The notes under the pieces were generated by a model, which saw nothing but the letters and a program-made list of their open reading frames with translations, made no database searches and was not told the origin of the DNA. This document shows, in pieces, positions 1-10,333 of a stretch of 64,000 nucleotides of DNA. The translations under genes were made by a program, and so were the position numbers. Source of the DNA: Candidatus Latescibacterota bacterium (lineage in GTDB: Bacteria; Latescibacterota; UBA2968; UBA8231); contig CBDCXV010000010.1 of NCBI GenBank assembly GCA_965223905.1, forward strand, positions 544,001 through 608,000, written 5' to 3'. The first letter of the stretch is position 1. The number at the start of each line of letters is the position of its first letter.

Positions 1-1
1 G

Positions 2-565
2 CCGCACCCGCCGATCGCCATGCCGGGGCTCAGCCGCAACTCGCACAGTCTCAAGGTCGCAGCGCAGCGCGGCTACGCCCCCTTCTCCGCGGCGCTGGCC
101 GCCGGCAACGTTCTCGCCGACCACTGGGAGACCTACGCCGCCGCGGCCGCCGAAGCGGGCCGCGAAGCCGACCGCTCCTGCTGGAAGGTCTCGCGCGCCA
201 TCTTCCTCGCCGACACCACCGCGGAGGCGGTCAGGCTGGCGCGCACCAACTCGGTCGGCCGCAACTACGAGTACATCGCCAGCCTCCTCGACAAGGGCCT
301 CGGCCGCAGCATCCTCAAGCGCGACCTCGAAATGCCGGATTCCGACTGCAACATGGATTACTGGATGTCTGAGCAGATCATCGCCGGCGACGTCGACGAG
401 GTGCTGCGCCGGCTGCTGGTTCTGATGGAAGAGACCGGGCCGTTCGGCACCCTCGTCATCCTGGGCTTCGACTGGGACGACAAGGAGGCCTGGCTGCGCA
501 ACCTCGACCTGTTCGCCAACGAGCTGATGCCGGCGCTAAACGCCGCGGTGGCAGTACCGGCCTGA
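2..565 (+). CDS. LLM-class (luciferase-like) flavin-dependent oxidoreductase, 5' end outside window
   Basis: Frame is open from base 2 (PHPPIAMPG..., the typical LLM PHPP motif); C-terminal 'IIAGDVDEV...LDLFANELMPAL' is LLM-like. Confidence 0.85.
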   Translation, partial: PHPPIAMPGLSRNSHSLKVAAQRGYAPFSAALAAGNVLADHWETYAAAAAEAGREADRSCWKVSRAIFLADTTAEAVRLARTNSVGRNYEYIASLLDKGLGRSILKRDLEMPDSDCNMDYWMSEQIIAGDVDEVLRRLLVLMEETGPFGTLVILGFDWDDKEAWLRNLDLFANELMPALNAAVAVPA

Positions 566-567
566 CC

Positions 568-1500
568 GTGGAACACCGGCAACTCGGAAGAGACGGGGAC
601 CGCGTCTCCGTCCTCGGGCTCGGCACCTGGCCGCTCGGCGGGGCCATGGGGGCGGTCGACGAGGCGACGGCAATCGCCACGGTCCGCGCCGCCATCGATT
701 CCGGCATCACCCTCATCGACACGGCGCAATCGTATTACCACAGCGAGGAGGTAATCGGCAAGGCCCTCCAAGACGGCTATCGCCAGCGCTGCTTTCTCGC
801 CACCAAGGTCAGCTTGAAGTACTCGCGTGACGATATAGTCGCGGCGATGGAGAACAGCCTGCGCCAGCTCAAGGTCGACTGTGTCGACCTCTACCAGATC
901 CACAGCTGGAATCCCGAGTACCCGATCGATATCAGCATGGAAACCATGCTGCGCCTCCAGGAGCAGGGCAAGACCCGTTTCCTCGGGGTCTCCAACTTCA
1001 TCGCGGAACAGATGCAGACCGCGTCGCGGACCGCTTCCTTTCACTCCAGCCAGCCATGCTACAACATGCTCAACCGCTCCATCGAAGAGGAGGACATCCC
1101 CTACTGCGAACGGGAGGGGATCGGCATTCTCGCGCACAGCGCCCTCGCCAAGGGGCTGCTGAGCGGCCGCTACCGCCCGGGCCACCAGTTTCCCGATGAC
1201 GACGAGCGCTCCGGCGAGACCCGCACCGGCCCGTACGTGGGACCGCGGTTCGCTGGCCGGAGGTTTGCCGGCTACTTCGACGTCGTGGAGAAACTCCGGG
1301 GGATCGCCGATGAAAAGGGGATCACCATGGTCCAGATGGCGGTCGCCTGGCTGTTGCGCCTTCCCGCGGTGACCTGCGCCCTGGTCGGGGCCAAGCACCC
1401 GGACCAGGTGCGGGACCACCTCGGCGCCGTCGGTGTCGAGTTCGACCAGGACGAGCTCGCCCGCATCGACCGGATTCTGTCAGAGGCGCCCGAGTACTAG
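568..1500 (+). CDS. Aldo/keto reductase
   Basis: LGLGTW, IDTAQSY, ATK, DLYQIH, GVSNF, SALAKGLL motifs. Confidence 0.95.
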   Translation: MEHRQLGRDGDRVSVLGLGTWPLGGAMGAVDEATAIATVRAAIDSGITLIDTAQSYYHSEEVIGKALQDGYRQRCFLATKVSLKYSRDDIVAAMENSLRQLKVDCVDLYQIHSWNPEYPIDISMETMLRLQEQGKTRFLGVSNFIAEQMQTASRTASFHSSQPCYNMLNRSIEEEDIPYCEREGIGILAHSALAKGLLSGRYRPGHQFPDDDERSGETRTGPYVGPRFAGRRFAGYFDVVEKLRGIADEKGITMVQMAVAWLLRLPAVTCALVGAKHPDQVRDHLGAVGVEFDQDELARIDRILSEAPEY

Positions 1501-1549
1501 TTGACGGGATTCCACCGGAGTGAAGTGGATCTCCAAAGGAGATACATCC

Positions 1550-1777
1550 ATGCAGACAGCGAAGCTGTTCAACAACGGCCGCAGCCAAGCCGTTAGGCTT
1601 CCGAAGGAGTTTCGTTTCAGCGGAGACGAGGTCTACATCAAGAAATACCAGGGCATCGTCATGCTCTTGCCCAAGGAATCCCCCTGGACCTCGCTCGTCG
1701 ACAGTCTGGACCGCTTTTCCAGTGATTATATGAACGAGAGGAATCAGCCCGATCAGCAGCAGAAAGCGTCTCCGTGA
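1550..1777 (+). CDS. vapB: VapB antitoxin (AbrB/SpoVT type)
   Basis: MQTAKLFNNGRSQAVRLPKEFRF; AGGAG upstream; stop overlaps vapC start (GTGA). Confidence 0.92.
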   Translation: MQTAKLFNNGRSQAVRLPKEFRFSGDEVYIKKYQGIVMLLPKESPWTSLVDSLDRFSSDYMNERNQPDQQQKASP

Positions 1778-2179
1778 CCGATTTCCTGCTCGACACCGAC
1801 ATCTGCATCTACCTCATCAAGAGACAACCGGCTCAAGCTTTGGCCAGACTACAAGCCCTGGATATCTCGCAAGTCGGAATCTTCCACGATCGCGCTCAGC
1901 GAATTGGAGTACGGGATCTCGAAGAGTTCGAAACCAGAGCAAAACAAGCTGGCCCTGGCTGAATTCGCCGCCCCGCTGGAGATCATCGCTTACGGCGACG
2001 CGGCAGCAGCACAATACGGCCGCATCAGAACCTTGCTCGAGCGCCAAGGCACCCCGATTGGCCCGCCAGACACCCTGATCGCAGCACATGCATCGGCCCT
2101 CGGCTGTACCCTCGTGACGAACAACGACAGGGAGTTTTCTCGCATTCCCAGTCTCGTGGTCGAGAACTGGACCAGCTGA
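1774..2179 (+). pseudogene. vapC: VapC PIN-domain toxin with +1 frameshift near 1881
   Basis: LLDTDICIY...VGI then frame change to STIALSELEYG...PIGPPDTLIAAHA...LVTNNDREFSRI; sequence reads ATCTTCCACG where ATCTCCACG restores the frame. Confidence 0.88.
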
Positions 2180-2207
2180 TCCTGCCGTCCTGTCAACCAG
2201 GATCAAG

Positions 2208-2294
2208 CGCGTTGTTGACCACCCCCTGCAGGTCGCACTCGTAGTCCCACACCTCGAGCTCGATCGCGAAGGGGTAGTCCTCGCGGCCGCTCAC
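2208..2294 (-). pseudogene. N-terminal fragment of a 4HBT/YbgC-type acyl-CoA thioesterase
   Basis: DYPFAIELEVWDYECDLQGVVNNA resembles the VRxxExDxxGVVNNA hotdog thioesterase motif; truncated immediately afterwards. Confidence 0.6.
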
Positions 2295-2338
2295 GCGGGC
2301 TGTCTCAGCGGCTTGACCCTCCGGCGGTCCAGGGGCGA

Positions 2339-2962
2339 GGGAAAACACCCGCGCCAGCGGGGTCGCCCACCGCAGCCGATGGGAGCAGGCCGCAGCGCTC
2401 GCATCGCCGTTCTCCGCCGACGGCTCGGCAACCGGCTGGGCCGGCACGATGCGCTCGCGGGCCCGGCCCCGGGGCGCCAGGACCCCGTGGTAGCGCAGGA
2501 GATGAGACCGGGGCGGGGGGATCAGAGCCGCCAGCTTCTCCAGCAGTTCGATCGGAGACAGCAGGAGATGGCGGGTCCCATCCGGCCACGGCGTTTTGAG
2601 CGCGAAGGAAAGAGGGTCGGCATCGACGAGGCGCAGACGCCCTCCCGCCAGGGCCGGCCGGGCCACGTAGCGGCACAAGCGTTCGAGCCCCCGCCGGTCA
2701 GGGCCTGCGATCCGCGTTGCCGCAGGCAGCCAAAAGCCGCACGAAGCAAAGCACAAGGGCGCGGTACGCACCCCGGTGGCCGCATCTCAGGACCCGGCGC
2801 AGGCGTTGGCCGGCGCCTGCGCCGGTGGCGGTGATCCCTCGCACCGAAGCCGCGGTGAGAGCCGCCAGCACCGGCTCCTCGTCGGCGAGCGCATCCGCTG
2901 CGGTGTCGTCGAGCAGGCCGCGTTTGGTGCCCAAGCGGATGATGCGGCGCGCACTCGTCTCC
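2339..2962 (-). mobile_element. IS91-family transposase internal fragment (copy A, both ends missing)
   Basis: Near-identical DNA to 16700-17300; LERLCRYVARP and LLRYHGVLAP motifs. Confidence 0.9.
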
Positions 2963-4541
2963 GGATGTCCCTCGGGAACGAGATCCTGCGCTACCCCCGG
3001 GCCGGCGACGCCCCGGTTTCGCGGACCCCCTCCTTCCGTCCCGAGGGGCAACCGGGGCGCGTGCTGGCCACGCGCTAGGGAGACGTCTGGTGCGCCGATG
3101 TGCGCCGGGGGGACGCCCTCTTCGAAGCCGCACCCCTGGTCCCCCCCGGGTGGGAGGTCACCCCGGTCTGCGACGATCCCTTCGGCAACGTCTGGGCCGT
3201 GGCCGCCGACGGCGAGCGGCGGGACCTGGCCGTGCTCACCGACCGGGGCCCCCACGCCTGGCAGCGCCTCGACCTGCCCGAGGACCGACTCGCCGGCCCC
3301 TGGAGCGGCGCCGCCACCGACGACGCCGGCTTTGTCTGGGCGGCGGTGGAAGGCTCCCTCGCTCGCGCCGACGCCCGCACCGCCGGGCACCGCTCCTTCG
3401 CCAATCCCGCGGACGCCCCCCCATCACCGCCATCGGCCGCGGCGGCGCCCAGCTGCTGGTGGGCTTCGGCGACGGCAGCCTGCGGGAGCTGCGGGTCAAC
3501 GCCGACGACCCGCCCCTTTGGCGCGAGGTCCTGCCGGCGGGTGAGGGCCCGGTACGGGCGATTCTGCACGCCGGCTCCGGCGGTCTCTGGTTGCTGAGGG
3601 CGGGGCGCGTGCAGCGCTCGCCGACCTGGAGAAGCCATGGCACGAGCACTGGGAGGAGCTGCCTCTCATGCCGGCGGGCAACCACGACAACATCTTCGCC
3701 CGCATCGGCGACCGCCTCTACACCGCCGGCGGCAAGACCTTCTTCGGCTGGCCGGCTGACGAGTGGATCAACCTCGACCACGTCTGGTCCTGCCACGTCC
3801 CCTCGGGCACCTGGCGCGTGGAGGCGCCCATGCTCGAGCCCGGCAAGGCTTACTCCGGCATCGCCGTCCTCGAGGACGAGCTGTGGCTGTTGGGAGGCCT
3901 CTTCCGCCACGGCGAGGGCGACGCCACGCGGCCCACGGCGACGGTGGAGGTCTTCGATCCGGCCACACAGCGCTACCGCCTCGGCCCGCCCCTGCCCCAG
4001 AAGGCCGGCCAGGTGGTGGCGCTGACCGCCGGGGGGCGGCTCTACGGCGTCGGCGGCGGCGCCGAGGAAGGCCACTTGGCGCAGTTCCTCAGCATCGGCC
4101 CCGGAGAGACGGACTGGCGCGTCGACACCCCGCCCCCGGGCACTGTCTACCAGGCCAGCGGCTGCGTCCTGGACGGCCGTCTCTACATCGCCGGGGGACC
4201 CAAGAGCCAGTGCCCGGGCCTGTTCGTCTATGAGCCCGGCCGGGACCGCTGGAGCGAGGTGGAGCACCCAGTCAAGGCGCCCAACGCCCCCCTGTGCACG
4301 GCCTTCGAGGATCGAGTCTGGGTGTTGGGCGGGCGGGCCGACGGTGGGCTGGCGAACGGAGAGCTACGCCTACGACCCGGCCAGCGGCCTCTGGACCCGG
4401 GGCCCGGACCTGCCCCTGGAGCTGAGCTGGGCGGCCGACGCCGACGGCCGGCTGCTGGTCGCCGGCGGGGCGTTCTGGGACGACCGCGTCAACGACGTGC
4501 TCAACACGGATCGGGTGTTTCTGATGCGGTCGGCCCCGTAG
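2963..4541 (+). pseudogene. Kelch/beta-propeller repeat protein, 5'-truncated, with a nonsense codon and about three frameshifts
   Basis: Repeated GG-containing Kelch blades (LYTAGG, LWLLGG, LYIAGG, VWVLGG, YAYDP...W) spread over several frames; in-frame TAG at 3076. Confidence 0.75.
4483..4529 (+). repeat. 47-bp direct repeat, copy 1 (3' end of Kelch gene)
   Basis: accgcgtcaacgacgtgctcaacacggatcgggtGttTctgatgcgg; 45/47 identical to 5366-5412. Confidence 0.95.
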
Positions 4542-4547
4542 TCTATT

Positions 4548-5213
4548 CTATTGCCCTATGGGAAAGCCGACGCCGACCTGAAGGGTAAGGGCTCGGTTCC
4601 AGAGTTCGTCGTCCAAGAGTTCGTCGTCCGAGTCCTTGACGATTGTCAGCAGCCCCGCGGTGTACTGAAGATCGATGGACAATCTCATCTGCTGGGAGAT
4701 CGGCACTTCAACACCGACCCCTCCGGTAACGCCGAGGTCTATGCTTTTGGTAGACTCCTCGTCGCAGGATGCCGAGGCCGAAAAGCGGTCACCTTCCCAG
4801 TCCCTTCCCTCGGCCCACACTTCGCAGTTGGTCAGGTACGCCATCGACGGTCCGGCGAGCACGTATAGCGAAGCCTGACTTCCAGGCGACCCGAGCTTGA
4901 CAACGCCGAGGCCCGAGAGCTCGAGGTAGTCGAGATTGAATCCCAACCCGGCTAACTCGGAGTCGCCCTCGCTTTCGGTCCCCTTCTGCACATAGCCGGC
5001 ATCGAGTCGAAGGCCGAGTCTGTCCCGTACCGGGATGTTCGCGGAAGCACCCAGTATGAGGCCGGTGCGCCCCTTCTGTTCCAGTTCATCCTGTCCGTCC
5101 AGAGTCGCCCGGCTCATGCCACCCCGGATGACGAGTGTGGTCTGGCCGAGAACGAGGACGGGCAGATTCAGTGGCACCAAGGCGATGACGGTCATGACGG
5201 CGATTCTCTGCAT
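4548..5213 (-). CDS. Outer-membrane beta-barrel (PorT/porin-like) protein
   Basis: GGAGGAG RBS, signal peptide, YVQKG...LDYLEL...LYVLAGPS motifs, amphipathic strands, C-terminal VGVGFPI. Confidence 0.85.
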   Translation of the reverse strand: MQRIAVMTVIALVPLNLPVLVLGQTTLVIRGGMSRATLDGQDELEQKGRTGLILGASANIPVRDRLGLRLDAGYVQKGTESEGDSELAGLGFNLDYLELSGLGVVKLGSPGSQASLYVLAGPSMAYLTNCEVWAEGRDWEGDRFSASASCDEESTKSIDLGVTGGVGVEVPISQQMRLSIDLQYTAGLLTIVKDSDDELLDDELWNRALTLQVGVGFPIGQ

Positions 5214-5365
5214 GGCTCTCCTCCATCGAAGCATGGTTGGACGACAAGACAGGGAGCGGGGGATGGATCAGGGACCGCCCGAGAACAACGCCTGCCTATT
5301 GGGCAAGATACCCCCAAAGAGGACAGGGGCTGTCCGTTGGTTCAGGTTTTTTTCTTTTTTTTGCT

Positions 5366-5412
5366 ACCGCGTCAACGACGTGCTCAACACGGATCGGGTC
5401 TTCCTGATGCGG
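5366..5412 (+). repeat. 47-bp direct repeat, copy 2 (displaced Kelch 3' end, stop at 5421)
   Basis: Same peptide RVNDVLNTDRVFLMR, then GR* instead of SAP*. Confidence 0.95.
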
Positions 5413-5477
5413 GGGCGGTAGTGAGGGCCGCCAGCAGCATGGGCAAGGACCGCAGTTCCCGCTTGAGGGGATCCAAA

Positions 5478-6302
5478 GTATAGGAAAAATGAGGCACCTT
5501 TTTTGGACTCTCGGTCAAGGCGGACAGCGCACCGCAAGGGTCCGGCAACTCCCCTGAGGATCGTTTGCCAATCCTTCGACCGAACTCGCAGTCCGGACTG
5601 GTTGCCTGTAGGCCCGTATCCGGATCAATCCGGGGCCTGAGGGACTGTTGGGGGCACACCCAGCCCTACGCCCGGCGACGGCGACGGGTCGAGAAGGCAG
5701 GATCAGGCGGCGAACTCGAAAAGCGGCTGAGGCGGGGCTCTCGGCGGGGGCATCGCCGGCAGCCCTACTCCCTCCAGACAGGTCCGGATCGAGGCCGGAT
5801 CGGTCAGGGCGGCGATGATTCTCAGGCCACCGCCGCATGCCGCGCATTCGCTGAGGTCGGAGGAAAACACCCGCGCCAGCAGGGTCGCCCACCGCAGTCG
5901 ATGGCCGCAGGACGCAGCGCTCGCCGAGCCGTCCGCCGCCGCCGGCTCGGCAACCGGCTGGGCCGGCACGATGAGGTCGCGGGCCCGGGCCCGGGGCGCC
6001 AGGACCCCGTGGTAGCGCAGGAGATGAAACCGGGGCGGGGGAACCAGAGCCGCCCGCTTCTCCAGCAGTTCCATCGGAGACAGCAGGAGAGGGCGGGTCC
6101 CATCCGACCACGGCGTTTTGAGCGCGAAGGAAAGATGGTCGGCATCGAGAACGCGCAGACGCCCTCCCGCCAAGGCCGGCCGGGCCAGGTAGCGGCACAA
6201 GCGTTCGAGCCCCCGCCGGTCAGGGCCTGCGATCCGCGTTGCCGCATGCAGCCAAAAGCCGCGCGAAGCAAAGCACAAGGGCGCCGTACGCACCCCGGTG
6301 GC
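5478..6302 (-). mobile_element. IS91-family element, 5'-truncated, retains transposase C-terminus and oriIS-type end (copy B)
   Basis: Tnp C-terminus with CxxC ends at 5703; about 225-bp conserved tail ending TTTTTCCTATAC on the minus strand. Confidence 0.9.
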
Positions 6303-7734
6303 GAGTACCGGATTCGGTAGTCAGGGTTCCATAAACAAAAATTTCACCAAGGTCATTGTTGCCGTATCCTTGACCTGAAAATTTGTGGATATCTTTTTCT
6401 GCCTCGAATTCAATGACAGTCCCCGGTTTTATAGTCAGCGTCGCACCCGGAAAAACTACAATGTCTCCCCGTAAAGAAACGGAACCATTCCATGTAACGG
6501 CTCCAACGATGGGAAAATTGTGAAAATCCTGAAATTTGGAGGGTATTCTGAATTTGGGATATTCGTCATGATCCAATTTATCGAATCGAATCTTGCCCCA
6601 GCCCGAGTAAAATGGCCCTGAAGGAGAATCGTTTCCAACATCGAAAGGACTCCAATCACCCGGAGAATCTACTCCTGTTTCGCCCCACATTACATTTGCC
6701 CCAAGCCAACTCATTTCGGGAATCAATCCCATGTTGTCATTTTCAGAAGAGGGGACTGGGTCGGGTAACAAAACAACATCGTAGGATTCACCTATTTCGC
6801 TATCGGTATCAATTTCCGGATGTAAAACGGTTCCATGCGGGCTCAAATCGTCGTCATATGCTATCCCATATTTGGAAGATACGTCTTGGTAATTTCCTGG
6901 TGTAGGGTAATGTCCGTGCCCGCCGGCGCTCACATATACTACAGGGTAATTCCCTCCTACTGGGGAAATCCTTCCGCGAATGTTATGTGTGGAAGGAGAT
7001 GTGGAGTAAGAGGTATAGGTAATGCTTTTTCCATGAAAAATGTAATCGACGCCATGAAATTCTGCTGTTGAAGTATCGCGGCTGGTAACCATGACGTTGA
7101 CTTTGGGCCAGTCACCTTCGTGGTTATTTTGCCAGGCATTAAAGGGGTAGAAGGAATAATACTTGATGACTACGGGGCCGTAGGTGTCGTCTGTATCTCG
7201 GGAAAAAACCTGGGCGTACACGGTATTACGAAACCGCTTCCCGGCATGGGAGTCATTTTGACCTTTGCCCGGTAGATATGCAGCGTTCCATGAATCTGGA
7301 TCATCTCCTGGATAATCCAAATATAAGCCTGCTACATAGCCGTTTCCTCTCAAAGGCGTACTGAGGTATGCGAACTTATTTTCTACAAAATTGACTCTTG
7401 AATCGGCTAATTTCCTAATATTTGAAGGGGAATCTGAGATTTTGCCGGAGTAGTGTGAGGAACCTGAAATCAAGTAACTCTTGACACACAAGTTTGATAT
7501 GGATTGCGCACCCACGATTGCAACAGGTTCTGGATGCAGCACGATACGACCGAGGCGTGTGGGATTTTCAGTCATCACCAAAATTGGGGCGAACATCTCG
7601 GCAAGTCTTTGGTCGTTTTCTCGGCTTGTAGGATATACAGGGCTGGAAAATGGATAAACCAACAACCAAGACGATAGTAACAAAATGACTACAATAGAGG
7701 AACTATGGCTGAACTCGTTATTTTTGAATTTCAT
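6303..7734 (-). pseudogene. Secreted Vps62/NPP1-like domain protein with start of beta-helix-like linker, 3'-truncated at the IS91 fragment
   Basis: Signal peptide, LAEMFAPIL, YYSFYPFNAWQNNHEGDW, PVVYVSAGGHGHYPTPG, then GDIVVFPGATLTIKPGTVIEF; AT-rich. Confidence 0.7.
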
Positions 7735-7747
7735 ATGAAGGTTTCCC

Positions 7748-8518
7748 TTAATTGATTTTGCGGTCGAAGGAAATTCTTAAATCAAACAGTCCCCCCTCGA
7801 AACGTACTCTGGACTTCTTGGTGATGTCAGCAGTTACCCCAAACCCAATTCGGATAAAAGGTAGAAATCTTTGGAAACGGGGAGACATGGAATAGTGGTA
7901 TTCGCGGTACTCTTTATCTGGAAAAGATAGTATTTGTCCAAATCCTACGTATATGTATGTCTCCGGGACGATGATGCCAAAATGACCGTTGCAATGTAAG
8001 TTTATCCAAGATGCAAATCTTCCCGAGCCCTGTCTTCCCCCCGACAGATTACATTCAAACCCTGAATTTCGAAAAGTTTCTAGCCTTAATGCAACACCTA
8101 AGCCTCCTAGACGTTGGAATTTGGGGAGTTCCTGAGGAACCGGTACTGGAAGATCCAACGGACCTCCAGAAAAACCCAAATACCATCGATCACTCACTGG
8201 CCGGCTAAGGGTACGTATCGTTCGATATTTGATGTCGACATATCTTCCTCGTCCAATATCCAATTTTACCGATTTATCATTCGTTTCCAAAACGAAACCT
8301 CTCAGAGTTCTTTTTCCACTTTCATAAGGAGTTACCTGATAATCAACCCACACTTCATCTCCTTTTTTGAATTGGCGTTGATCGATTTCGTCTGTTGGAC
8401 GGGAGGCACTTATCTCCGTCATTGGTGCTGCACACCCTAAAGAAAGGGCAGCCAAACCGATTATTAGATATTGAAATACGAAGCTCCGGTTTCTTGTTTC
8501 ATCAAATGAAATTTCCAT
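7748..8518 (-). CDS. Putative lipoprotein with small N-terminal domain and beta-strand-rich C-terminal domain
   Basis: LSLGC lipobox-like signal; N-domain resembles that of 29889-30872; AT-rich. Confidence 0.7.
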   Translation of the reverse strand: MEISFDETRNRSFVFQYLIIGLAALSLGCAAPMTEISASRPTDEIDQRQFKKGDEVWVDYQVTPYESGKRTLRGFVLETNDKSVKLDIGRGRYVDIKYRTIRTLSRPVSDRWYLGFSGGPLDLPVPVPQELPKFQRLGGLGVALRLETFRNSGFECNLSGGRQGSGRFASWINLHCNGHFGIIVPETYIYVGFGQILSFPDKEYREYHYSMSPRFQRFLPFIRIGFGVTADITKKSRVRFEGGLFDLRISFDRKIN

Positions 8519-8714
8519 CAGAAGGATCCTCGTCGGGTAGGGAGTTTCCTTGCCATCGGGCCAGAATTTCCTGGGACCGGATAGTTAATAAAATTGGAGA
8601 GTTGTCATTTGGTGCATCGAATCCAATCAATATACTTGCACATCTTTCCACTCGCAAGCCTTTGGCCGGTAAGGGTTGGGCAGATGGGTGAAAAGGGGGC
8701 ATTGGGGTATCCAT

Positions 8715-10022
8715 TTAACTGGACCCACTCTTGATATTGGATTTATCATATTTATTCTCTGAATTAACCCGAATGTTGCTCCAACCCTTATAAAAGGGAC
8801 TCATTGCGGCTTCGTTTGATTCTACAAGAGCGGTCATGTTGAGACCAACATTAATGGGCGGAATGGGAATTTTGGTCAACCATACCCAAGGAAATTTTAC
8901 AAAAGGAGTTCCAAAAAAAATTGAAACACCAAGCCAACTCATTTCCGGTGATAATCCCATATTGTCCGTATTTAAGGGGTCCGGATCAGGCAGCATTACC
9001 AAGTCATAAGACTGGGCGATCTCGCTATCATCTGAAATTTCTGGATGTAAAACAAGCCCATTGCTTGTCAAATTATCATCATAAGTGGCCCGTCCAGCCC
9101 CTCTGTAGTCACCGGGTGTGGGATAAAGCCCATGGCCGCCGGCGCTGACGTAAACGACGGGAAAGGTTCCTCCGACGGGGCTTATTCTTTGCCGAATGTC
9201 GATTGAAGAAGGAGAATTCGTGATGTCATAGTAGGTGATGCTTTTCCCGTGAAACATGAAATCTATCCCATGAAATTCTGCCAAGTCGGGATCGCAGTCC
9301 GTCACTATAACATTATTTTTTGCCAATCTCCTTCGTGGTTATTTTGCCAATCGTTATAAAGGAAAAAACATCCAATACTTAATAACCACAGAACCGTAGT
9401 CATCCGAAGATTCCGGTCGCTCAAACACGCGCGCGTAGACAGTATTTGCAAATCGCCATCCTGCGCGGGAATCATCCTCCCCCGGTTCAGGAGAATAGGC
9501 TCTGTTCCAAGATCTTTCATCGTCCCCTGGATAATCAAAATATACATGCGCGCCGTAGTGACCAGGGAGGAGATCCGGACCTGTTGTAAAATAATATCCT
9601 GCATTTCTAAGGAATGCGAATTCGTTTTCCGACGAAACAACTTGTGATAAAAGGCTGGCTCCACCTATTCTTTCTCGAAGTGTACTCGGGTCAACCCAGT
9701 CCCCAAACGCCGCGTTTTTCATCACGCGCCCGGATTCAGATTGAGCCTTAATCCAGACATTGGCAATGGAATTTGCGCCAATAATTTCAACGGGCTCAGG
9801 ATTGAGTACTTTCCTTTCCAAGCGTTCCGGATTGTGTGTCAGGATAAAAACAGGGGCAAACTTCCTGACCAAAATGGAATCACTTACCGAGTCGGAAGAA
9901 GCCTCGATAGGTGACGGATAAAAAAAGAGTAATACAATGATCCATATCCCGGACAGCCATCCGATTTTGGATGTTAGTTTTTTCTCCAAAATGAACTGCG
10001 GATTTTGAAACGTTATGCCCAT
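8715..10022 (-). pseudogene. Second Vps62/NPP1-like domain protein; two compensating homopolymer indels near 9320-9368; ends right after the domain
   Basis: VRKFAPVFILTHNP, DYPGDD, NNHEGDW, PVVYVSAGGHGLYPTPG; clearly paralogous to 6303-7734. Confidence 0.75.
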
Positions 10023-10077
10023 GTATCTTTCCCCCCTTCAGTAAAATCCAAAATAAGAAGCGAAATTCAGCTAGTTT

Positions 10078-10333
10078 TTAGAACCGGTGCGTTAAGACCA
10101 TCGCAAAATTTCCCTCTGATATAGGCATTATACCTAAGGAAAAACGATAGTCTTGATCAGGGTCTTCAAGGGATTTGGGAGATAATTCGCCGTTTCGGGA
10201 CCATTCAGATGCTACCGTGGAAAAAACGATAGGGGCCACGATCAAGGATGGCGCAAGCTTACCATCACTAACTAAGGTCAGCAAACCGCATGCAATCACC
10301 CCCCCCAAGCTGCCACCCAGCGTATGTATGAAA
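10078..10333 (-). pseudogene. C-terminal fragment of a membrane partner protein (SEWSR...RFS.G..P...RF family), cut by the oriIS end
   Basis: ASEWSR...YRFSLGIMPISEGNFAMVLTHRF matches LSEWSR...ARFSVGLKPSPRGHLSAVASLRF at 29889. Confidence 0.7.

Noticed and set aside
6220-6302. Apparent C-terminal fusion of the HEGDW protein to transposase
   Set aside because: The tail RHRGAYGALV... is an off-frame read of IS91 DNA, not a functional fusion
9320-9370. Phase variation at homopolymers in the HEGDW gene
   Set aside because: Runs are only 5-6 nt and the indels compensate; cannot be distinguished from sequencing error or decay
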